Assembly (NCBI GenBank): GCA_905236715.1
Contig: CAJOMQ010000004.1
Span: 5,939-69,938, forward strand
Direction of reading: 5' to 3'
DNA length: 64,000 bases
From: an uncultured Bacilli bacterium
GTDB lineage: Bacteria > Bacillota_I > Bacilli_A > RFN20 > CAG-826
Every line of letters starts with the position of its first letter. Position 1 is the first letter of the stretch. The position numbers and the translations under genes are program-made. Shown here one piece after another: positions 56,891 to 64,000 of this stretch. The notes below the pieces were generated by a model that made no database searches, was not told the origin of the DNA, and saw only the letters and a program-made list of their open reading frames with translations.

Positions 56891-58659
56891 TTATTTATGT
56901 GTTCTTTTCTTTTTTAAAGCAACAAAGACAAATAAAGAAGTAATGGATATTGCGCTGACAAGGATGATGGATATAGTGATACCACTATTGGAGATGACAA
57001 TATCATTTAATTTATTAGATTGTGATGCACCAGTGGGTTGTAACGTACCAGCGGCTGCTCTACTAATAAAATCATTTAATTGATATTTAGAAACAATATA
57101 GTCATATCTTTCAATAGCTCTAGCGATGATATCACCACTAGTGGATCCACTTGTGTATGTTTTATTAATTAATTCCGCTTTTGCGAATTCAGATAAGGCA
57201 TTGAATTTATTTGTTTGTGCGTTCCAAATATCACTATTGATGTTATTAACTTGACCTTCTGGATCACACACCATTGTGGCGTTCAAAAAACCTTCCGAGA
57301 ATGTATTTAATTCATTTAATACATCATTAGATAAATCATATTTATATAAGAATACTGGTTCTTGTTCATCACTAGATTCAGGTCCTAATGAGAATTTGTA
57401 GGTAGTTATATTAAAATTAAGATATAAACCATCTTCACTTTTAATTCTGATACCACCTTGATTATATTCTAATTTGATTGTATTGGATTTCCCTTCGGTG
57501 AATTCAATACCATTAGTTAGATAAAGATAACGACCATAACAATTTTTCAAATACAAATTATTGCCCGTTTTTTCAACGACAAATTTTACATAATCTTCAT
57601 AAGAAGCTTGTTTGACTTTTACTTTTCCATTTGGTCCATCTAAAAGAGTAACAACTTCATCAATATCATCACCATCTAAGACGCGACCAGAGTCGCTTAC
57701 TAACATGTATTGACCACGATAATCCGCTAAAGGGGAAGTTACTTTTGAAGCATAATACTCCACTTCGGTAATGTTTAATGAAATGGTGAAATCAAACAAT
57801 TTCATAAAACTTATTTCTAAAGTTGAATTTTTCGTCGCGTATTTATTAAAAGTGAATAATCCTGGGTTATCGTTGTAATTATAAAAATTATTATGTTTTG
57901 CTGAATGGAAATCGATTGATAGTCCCGATAAATCGATTTCTTCCCCAGCAATATAATCAGTTTTAATTGGGTCAGTTACGACACTGATAATTTCTTCCGA
58001 TGATGTATATTCTCTATAAATCTCAACGCGATAAGCACCTTGAGCGCGGCAGAATCTTTGCCCATAAGTAAAGGTAAAACCTAAATCTCCACCTTTACTG
58101 ACATTGGTGAGATAGTTACCATTTACTGCATCATATCTAAATGACCAAAGTGCTTCATTAGTGCGATTAACATCAACACCCGTTTTATCACCATAGAAAG
58201 AAGCGATATTTGTAAAAGTGTTATCATCATAATAGGTTTTATCGTTATAGGCGAGATAGACTTTGCTCATGAATTGACCAGTGACACTCATACTGGTATA
58301 AAAAGCAAAATTATCATCAACTTTTTCCACACCAAAGACAGAGGCGGGAGAATTATTTAAGGTGACTAAACCTTTACCACTATTGATGACTCCTTCATTA
58401 GTGCCATATACAGCAGCGGGGTTACCCCATACATCACTGATGGCGTATCCATTTTCGGAAACGATAATATAACTACCACCTTCGACTATATCACTGGCAT
58501 CCGTGACACGATAAAATTTCCACTGGGAATTGGATAAAGACTAGAGGCGGATACTTCATTAACTTGTTTGTTATTGATATTTGATAGAAATAAAACAGAC
58601 GCACTGATTGTTGAGAGTGAGCCTAATAATATTGATAGAATGATATTTCTCTTCTTCAT
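56891..58659 (-). pseudogene. Exported, C-terminally TM-anchored surface protein (paralogue of 26043..27923) with a 1-nt frameshift near 58513-58521
   Basis: The ATG at 58659 gives MKKRNIILSILLGSLSTISASVLF...SASSLYPIPSGNFIVSRMPVI* (stop at 58486-58488). The main frame is open from 58540 and reads QWKFYRVTDASDIVEGGSYIIVSENG..., aligning with SNLFLRIDNIDDLQAGDKVIITNQYG of the paralogue. The C-terminal anchor is ISIILVSAISITSLFVFVALKKKRTHK. Confidence 0.7.
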
Positions 58660-58994
58660 ATGGATATTTATTCTCCTTTAAGGATGAAAATATTATAGAT
58701 AGTTTTAGTTATGATGATAATTATTTTTCAAATATATTTTCATTGAAAAACAACATTTTCATCAATACTAGGGTTTTTTCAACCTTAACTGAAAATTCAA
58801 ACAAGGTAAAATCTCGGTTATTTTGAATTTCCACCAAAAATTTATCACCCACTTTATCACCCACATGGTTAATTCTGTTGAATGGCATTTAGTCTCTTTT
58901 ATAAGTTGTTGCCTATTAATAGAAAAGTTCATTATTTTAGAAAAATATAGTCTTTCAATATCGGCAAGAATTAATCTCAATTATTGCTTCGCTA

Positions 58995-60059
58995 CTATAA
59001 ATTACTTTTATTCATCATATACATTGCGGTTACCGCTAAATCATACGCTCTTCTGGTTTTTGTTGCCTTTCCTAACGCGCTGATCTTTTTGTAATATGGG
59101 TTTCTAGGAATTTGAATGTTATCAAAAGAAATAGTTTTGGGTTCAACATCGTTATAAAGACAAGCGGCTAAAAACATCACTTTGGGAGCGTGCAACCTAG
59201 CAACTTCGCTGGAAAAGTTCTCGCCATAAATGTGTCCACTAATTCTTCTCATCCCTTCAAGAAAATTTGGATAGTCTTCATCTCCGTTTTCTCCTCTTAA
59301 CAAAATGGTTAAGGCGGAATTATAAGAATCTAATAGACATTCTTTATAATCAATTGACAAATTCCTAAATTTCAATTCATTTTCATTGACTGATAAATAA
59401 CTGTTTCTAACGATTTGGAAATCATTTATAAAATCAAACAATGTGGCCACATCATAAAATTGCTTAATGACTTCTAATCTTTTATCGTTTGATAAATCTG
59501 CATTAAAGAAATTAACACCAGTCGTATGTGGCGCAAAAGCATTTAACTTATCACCAATAATAGAATCAACGCTAGGCATTTTTACTTTTAACGATTCTCC
59601 GTTATTGATTAGTAAATCGTTCATTATTTCTTTTTCAACAAGTGATGGATATGGATTATTTTCATAAACAACATCTAAAAGAATCGATAACTCATCATCT
59701 TGATTTTGGATTGATTTGAAATAGAAACGGAAGTGCCTTTTTTCGATATTCTTATTGGTTTTTCTAACAGATTCTTCTTTTCTTAAGAATGGAAATATTG
59801 TTGATGCCTTAGCAATATAATCATCAACGTCATATCCAGGTTCCACCAAAATATCAATGTCTGTACTTAGTCTCATTGGTTTATCTAACAAAAGCATCAA
59901 CGAGCTGCCGCCTTTGAAAATAAAATCCATATCAACCTTACGCAAAGCTTCCAGTAATCCTAACGCAAAAATTGCTCTTTCTAAAATAGGAGGGTTAACG
60001 TTCCTACGATTCTTCAAAATGTCAAAATGTTCTTTTGTGAATGTTTGTTTATCAATCAT
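58995..60059 (-). CDS. AbiEii/AbiGii-family nucleotidyltransferase toxin
   Basis: 354 aa. FIFKGGSSLMLLLDKPMRLSTDIDILVE matches the AbiEii pattern (KGGTAL...R.S.DiD). Its start overlaps the upstream gene's stop (ATGATTGA). Confidence 0.8.
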   Translation of the reverse strand: MIDKQTFTKEHFDILKNRRNVNPPILERAIFALGLLEALRKVDMDFIFKGGSSLMLLLDKPMRLSTDIDILVEPGYDVDDYIAKASTIFPFLRKEESVRKTNKNIEKRHFRFYFKSIQNQDDELSILLDVVYENNPYPSLVEKEIMNDLLINNGESLKVKMPSVDSIIGDKLNAFAPHTTGVNFFNADLSNDKRLEVIKQFYDVATLFDFINDFQIVRNSYLSVNENELKFRNLSIDYKECLLDSYNSALTILLRGENGDEDYPNFLEGMRRISGHIYGENFSSEVARLHAPKVMFLAACLYNDVEPKTISFDNIQIPRNPYYKKISALGKATKTRRAYDLAVTAMYMMNKSNL

Positions 60060-60762
60060 GATATATGTACCTTCTGTCGATATTTTTTGCTAAATATGAA
60101 TAAAATTGATCGTAAATCTTCTTTCTTTTAGCGATATGATAAATTTTCTTTAGATTAATATTGTATGTTTTAAATATCTCATTAAGCATACTTATAAGTT
60201 CATTATCGCTATACAATGATTTAGCAATTTTGTTTGAATATAGTTCCACTATTAGTCTTTCAATAGAAATGTGGTGATCTTTTTCTATCAAAGATTTAAC
60301 TAATGGTTTAATAACAATTGTGTGTCTACCAAAATATTTGTAAAATTCAGTGACACTTGGATTAACTAACACATAGCTATATCCAGCATTTTTTAAATCT
60401 TCAGCGGCGAATTGCATTAAATCTTTATCAACCTCAACAAATGTGATGACATTATTAAGGAGATGATTCATCCATTTGTTAATGATATTAGTGTCCCACA
60501 ATGTATAATCGCTATAACCTTTGATGGTCGATTCTATATTGTCATCAGAAAGAAAATAAGAAAAAGAGACACTTATCTTTGTTGAATATGTATACGAATC
60601 TAGTTTAGTCAATATTCCTTGTTTCATTAATTCAGAAATTATTCGATAAAAATATGATCTGCTAATTCCGCCATAACATTTGTCAATCAAGTTAAGTAGT
60701 TCAGTCCTAGAAACGATTTCCTTGTTTTTGATTGCGTCAATTAATTCTTTTTTAATATCCAT
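60052..60762 (-). CDS. AbiEi-family antitoxin / transcriptional regulator
   Basis: 236 aa. The N-terminal wHTH-like block is IVSRTELLNLIDKCYGGISRSYFYRIISELMKQGILTKL. It lies immediately upstream of, and overlaps, the AbiEii gene. Confidence 0.7.
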   Translation of the reverse strand: MDIKKELIDAIKNKEIVSRTELLNLIDKCYGGISRSYFYRIISELMKQGILTKLDSYTYSTKISVSFSYFLSDDNIESTIKGYSDYTLWDTNIINKWMNHLLNNVITFVEVDKDLMQFAAEDLKNAGYSYVLVNPSVTEFYKYFGRHTIVIKPLVKSLIEKDHHISIERLIVELYSNKIAKSLYSDNELISMLNEIFKTYNINLKKIYHIAKRKKIYDQFYSYLAKNIDRRYIYHD

Positions 60763-60765
60763 GCA

Positions 60766-60804
60766 AATAGATTATATAAAAATAGATTAATTATATCAAT
60801 AGAC
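60766..60804. promoter_or_regulatory. Direct repeats AATAGATTA x2 plus AATAGAC upstream of the AbiEi gene (candidate operator)
   Basis: AATAGATTA occurs at 60766-60774 and 60781-60789, and AATAGAC at 60798-60804. The array starts 4 nt upstream of the AbiEi start codon region. Confidence 0.4.
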
Positions 60805-60870
60805 AAACTGCGAATTTTATATTTTTTCGCACTTTTTCTACTTTTTATCATGAGTATCTAGGATTTATAA

Positions 60871-61533
60871 TCACCATAGCTCCACTATTTCGTTATATAG
60901 ACATGTCTTCTTGTCATCTATTTGTCTATCAAAATGATAATGTCCAAAGAACCAATGTTTATAATTTACTACTTTGTCAATAAATGTTAATTGATCAGTG
61001 CATATATCTCTTCTAAATCCAAACGCTTTTATAACGGTATGTGTATCACAACAATGAGTAATAACATAATCAACTTTATTATTAACTTTTTCTAAATTGT
61101 TTAATGCGTTATCAATGTCATGATAAGTTATTTCTTCTTCTGGCCACCAAGAAACATAAGGGGTTCTATACATTTTATCGATTGATATAGCGCCTCCAAG
61201 ACAAAGGAAGGACTTTTTATCGATTGTCATTATTTCTCCTCTTAAAACGTGGAATATGTGTTTACCTATTTGATGCATTAATGCACCTTTATATTCCACA
61301 AGTGGCATATTATTTAACATTTCAAAATTTTCGTGATTGCCATCGATAAAAATAATCGTGCAGCCAATATCATTATATAAATCTAAAAAATATTGAAAGA
61401 TTTGAGGCGACCAACATATACCTGCATCTCCACATATAATGAGATAATCATCATAAGAAACATTCTTCTCTTTCAAAATGAGAAGCTTTTCATAATCAAT
61501 GTCTCCATGCGTGTCACCAGTAATATAAATCAT
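60871..61533 (-). CDS. Calcineurin-like metallophosphoesterase
   Basis: 220 aa. Motifs in order: GDTHGD, ICGDAG, IDGNHEN, ITHCC.TH, FFGHYH. Its start overlaps the upstream gene's stop by ATGA. Confidence 0.85.
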   Translation of the reverse strand: MIYITGDTHGDIDYEKLLILKEKNVSYDDYLIICGDAGICWSPQIFQYFLDLYNDIGCTIIFIDGNHENFEMLNNMPLVEYKGALMHQIGKHIFHVLRGEIMTIDKKSFLCLGGAISIDKMYRTPYVSWWPEEEITYHDIDNALNNLEKVNNKVDYVITHCCDTHTVIKAFGFRRDICTDQLTFIDKVVNYKHWFFGHYHFDRQIDDKKTCLYNEIVELW

Positions 61534-62780
61534 TGTTTTAATTCACCAATATATTTAGACATTTTGACGTCTTCCCACTTAACATAAGGGATAAGTTTAG
61601 GAAAATCCTCAATGTGAATAGAATCAAGATAATATTCGTTAAATACATGAGTGTATCCATAACACCAATTATCTTCGTTCTCGATAGCGAAAATAGCCGT
61701 GCCATCAAGTCTAGATTTAAATAGCTCTTTGCCTGAAAGCTTAACTTTTATATCGTTTTTTAATAAGGCATTATATATTTTTAGTATTTCTATTTGCGTA
61801 TGGTAATTGCTGCCAGAAAGAGTTAAATAATAGCCTTTATCATCTTTATCAATCCAAAGGTGGCCACGATAAAATGATCTCCCTCTTAATATTTCAAAGG
61901 CATGGTCTGGATGTTCTCCGTTTTCTTGAAACCATTCATCAAATTCTTCTTCGCTATCTAAGTTAATATTTTCAAGACCATGTGTTCTACCATCTGCCTT
62001 GCTATAAAATAGCTTTTTAGAATCTATATCTTTATCAATTTTATTATCAATTGCTAAATAACCGATTTTGCAAATATCGTAATATTTTCGTGAAGTCAGA
62101 CTAGCAAAATAAGTTATTTCTTCTTTTTCGGCATTATTAAAAACGTAATCTAAATCTATTCCTTTTAATCTCATTCGGTAACTTCTTTTCAAATTTGGAT
62201 AGATTTTCCAAGCGTCTTTATATTCAATAATCCCGCGCCTTTTTCCGTATCCGAAAGTTTTATCAAATATTCTTTGAAATTTATTGTTCTTGCAAAGCTT
62301 TATATGATTATTAACTACTTGTAATGCTGTTTTAAGCATTGTTGAATGAATCGCACCATGGAATGAATCATAGTTTTCATCAGATAAACAGAATATCTGC
62401 TCGTTATCTAGATAGAACGAGTAATAATTTTGTTCTCTATAAAACGAGTGTTGAAAATAAAATTCAAACCACTTGTATTTATTTGGGTAATTAAAATCCC
62501 AATTATTTCGGATATAATCACTCTCCTCAATTTCCTTATTCTTAAGATAATATTTATACGATTCATCATCTTCATATTTACCTTTTGGTGCTCGAAAATA
62601 CAAAAGATATATTTCAGCATCTTTGTCACTTGATATATTGGTGTAATTATTTTTTAATAACTCGAAAAATGATTTTATTTTCCTCATCGCTTCTTTGCTT
62701 GTGCTACCCGGGTTAAAATCATTGCTTCTAAAACGCCATTTGAAATCACTTATATTACTCTCTATTAGTTTCATTTTCAT
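61530..62780 (-). CDS. Hypothetical protein (416 aa), no recognised family
   Basis: Long ORF rich in aromatic residues. It is coupled at both ends to its neighbours: an ATGA overlap downstream and a 20-26 nt overlap upstream. Confidence 0.6.
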   Translation of the reverse strand: MKMKLIESNISDFKWRFRSNDFNPGSTSKEAMRKIKSFFELLKNNYTNISSDKDAEIYLLYFRAPKGKYEDDESYKYYLKNKEIEESDYIRNNWDFNYPNKYKWFEFYFQHSFYREQNYYSFYLDNEQIFCLSDENYDSFHGAIHSTMLKTALQVVNNHIKLCKNNKFQRIFDKTFGYGKRRGIIEYKDAWKIYPNLKRSYRMRLKGIDLDYVFNNAEKEEITYFASLTSRKYYDICKIGYLAIDNKIDKDIDSKKLFYSKADGRTHGLENINLDSEEEFDEWFQENGEHPDHAFEILRGRSFYRGHLWIDKDDKGYYLTLSGSNYHTQIEILKIYNALLKNDIKVKLSGKELFKSRLDGTAIFAIENEDNWCYGYTHVFNEYYLDSIHIEDFPKLIPYVKWEDVKMSKYIGELKQ

Positions 62781-62955
62781 TCCTCAACTTTCTAATACAT
62801 TCATCTGAATCAATAGGCCTATAATTAATTCTTTCCACTGATACACACATACAGTTAGGATATTCATCCATAAGTGTTTTATTCCAGTGTACGTGTTCAA
62901 AGAAATAAATATAGTTATGTGCGATAAGCTCATCATCATTGAATGGTTCATGCAT
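62755..62955 (-). CDS. Small hypothetical protein (66 aa)
   Basis: The ATG at 62953-62955 overlaps the TGA of the upstream gene (TGATG). Sequence MHEPFNDDELIAHNYIYFFEHVHWNKTLMDEYPNCMCVSVERINYRPIDSDECIRKL. Support comes from its position only. Confidence 0.45.
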   Translation of the reverse strand: MHEPFNDDELIAHNYIYFFEHVHWNKTLMDEYPNCMCVSVERINYRPIDSDECIRKLRNENETNRE

Positions 62956-63638
62956 CAATATCGCCTGTTGCTTTGATGATCATCGTTATTTGCCTCGACC
63001 TTTTCAATAAGAAAATACCTATTGATAGGTTCATATATGTGGTAATAATGTTTGACCATTTTCCCGTGATGCTCGTTGTTCTTGTCGAGACTGATTTTGT
63101 TATATAAAATCGTTTCTCCTTTTCTAGCCCCACATATATCCATAAAAAGGTAATTTGCATATTCATTACGGCTTAATAGTTTGTCTTTATTCAGTGCTTT
63201 TGCTTCTTTGTAGGTGTTAGATTCGATATCGTATCCAAATAATTCGCTGATCAGATATTGTGGTTTATCATCAAAGGCTGTGTTGCGTAAATATACATCA
63301 TAATTATATGGACGATAATAAGAATCTCCGTTATCACTTATCCAGGCTAATAACCATTTAATAAAGTTAATTGCGCCTTCTCTATTACCAAATTCATCAT
63401 CATCGCCACTATAAAAACACCTAGTAAGTTCGTCGCTTATGCACTCATCACATAATTGTTTTGCGGTTGATATCGCCCAACTTTTATTAACTTTTAACAT
63501 AAGAGGCAAATACTTTTTACATTTATCATAGCCGTCACCTGGCATGAGATGGTTGTTGCGTGTATAGCCATAACGCATCTCTCCAATTAAAAATTGATAT
63601 AAATCGTAGATTTCAACATTAACCATCTCTTTTTCCAT
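62955..63638 (-). CDS. Hypothetical protein (227 aa), no recognised family
   Basis: ORF MEKEMVNVEIYDLYQFLIGEMRYGYTRNNH... Its start lies 20 nt inside the 3' end of the upstream PLD-like gene. Confidence 0.6.
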   Translation of the reverse strand: MEKEMVNVEIYDLYQFLIGEMRYGYTRNNHLMPGDGYDKCKKYLPLMLKVNKSWAISTAKQLCDECISDELTRCFYSGDDDEFGNREGAINFIKWLLAWISDNGDSYYRPYNYDVYLRNTAFDDKPQYLISELFGYDIESNTYKEAKALNKDKLLSRNEYANYLFMDICGARKGETILYNKISLDKNNEHHGKMVKHYYHIYEPINRYFLIEKVEANNDDHQSNRRY

Positions 63639-64000
63639 TCTTGTTAATCCTTTCTAAAAAATCTTTTATTGAGAAATTGTCTTCTCTTTTCATAACAGAA
63701 AAAGCCTTCTTTCCCACATAATTAAGCGATGAACCTAACATATATGTTTCATTTTCATCGATGATGAGAAATCGATCGTGTACAGTATCGTTAGTGCATA
63801 CAGTGATATCGCCATATTGAGAAATAAATAAATCTATTTCTCCCTGGGTGAGTTTGGATTTGCTAGACCTAATAATAGTAATATCAACACCTTTATTCTT
63901 ACTTTTTAAAAACGATAAAGTTCGATTATCACAATATGAATCTATTAATACAATTGACTTTTTAGCTTTTTTAATAATCGAGGTGATAAAGTCATAGGCA
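63619..64000 (-). CDS. C-terminal part of a PLD-superfamily (HKD-variant) protein; the 5' end lies beyond the right window edge
   Basis: Hand translation of the open minus frame gives ...AYDFITSIIKKAKKSIVLIDSYCDNRTLSFLKSKNKGVDITIIRSS...TVHDRFLIIDENETYMLGSSLNYVGKKAFSVMK...*. The H-x-R-x4-D-x7-G-S-S-x-N pattern is an HKD motif with K replaced by R. The stop is at 63619-63621. It is not in the ORF track because it is edge-truncated. Confidence 0.6.
   Translation of the reverse strand, partial: AYDFITSIIKKAKKSIVLIDSYCDNRTLSFLKSKNKGVDITIIRSSKSKLTQGEIDLFISQYGDITVCTNDTVHDRFLIIDENETYMLGSSLNYVGKKAFSVMKREDNFSIKDFLERINKNGKRDG

Noticed and set aside
58841-58864. The 12-bp tandem duplication TTTATCACCCAC x2 in the AbiEii/surface-protein intergenic region as a regulatory element
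   Set aside because: There are only two copies, with no palindromic character and no obvious relation to a promoter or start codon. A simple slippage duplication is more likely.
1-64000. Alternative genetic code (TGA = Trp, as in Mycoplasma/Spiroplasma), given the Mollicutes-like features
   Set aside because: Standard-code translation gives many uninterrupted ORFs of 400-1200 aa with intact conserved motifs. Reading through the TGA at 13481-13483 gives nonsense and soon hits further stops, whereas a +1 shift gives a motif-matching continuation.

Overview
The window is visibly AT-rich (GC not computed) and reads with the standard genetic code. It looks like Bacillota or wall-less Mollicutes: lipoproteins, surface proteins anchored by a C-terminal TM helix, and an unusually long MalK-type ATPase. 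Nearly every gene is on the minus strand.

- **1-5.8 kb:** two exported beta-helix/GLUG-like surface proteins. The first runs off the left edge, so it is missing from the ORF track.
- **6-21.7 kb:** a carbohydrate block.
  - AraC regulator and a frameshifted GH2-like hydrolase.
  - A MalK/MsmX-type ABC ATPase with a ~150 aa coiled-coil insertion.
  - Two paralogous Cys-rich Gfo/Idh/MocA oxidoreductases.
  - A frameshifted lipoprotein tyrosine phosphatase and a NahK-like kinase.
  - A full hexuronate/KDG route: uxaC, uxuA, SDR reductase, kdgK, eda.
- **21.9-24.5 kb:** a DUF4143-type AAA ATPase preceded by four 33-bp tandem repeats, plus two small unknown genes.
- **24.6-32.6 kb:** cstA, a membrane-anchored surface protein, and a GntR regulator with two large lipoproteins.
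- **33.3-64 kb:** a dense defence/accessory island, entirely on the minus strand.
  - A standalone Pol-beta nucleotidyltransferase.
  - A 1200 aa UvrD-like helicase with a nuclease-like insert, zinc ribbons and an HRDC-like tail.
  - A tyrosine-recombinase remnant.
  - A soluble FtsK-motor ATPase next to a TM-anchored HNH nuclease.
  - A composite type I R-M operon: degenerate HsdM-TRD fusion, hsdM, two hsdS, HEPN-like gene, 6-TM gene, hsdR, PD-(D/E)xK gene.
  - A McrBC-like pair with an extra upstream gene.
  - A frameshifted surface-protein paralogue.
  - An AbiEi/AbiEii pair.
  - A tightly overlapping five-gene operon of mostly unrecognisable proteins, running from an HKD-variant (PLD-like) protein to a metallophosphoesterase.

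The best candidates for an undescribed system, none verified, are:
1. The HEPN-like + 6-TM pair embedded in the R-M operon.
2. The FtsK-motor + TM-HNH pair.
3. The five-gene overlapping operon at the right edge.

Three clear gene disruptions and one possible one are each resolved by a 1-nt shift. These may be assembly errors rather than biology.
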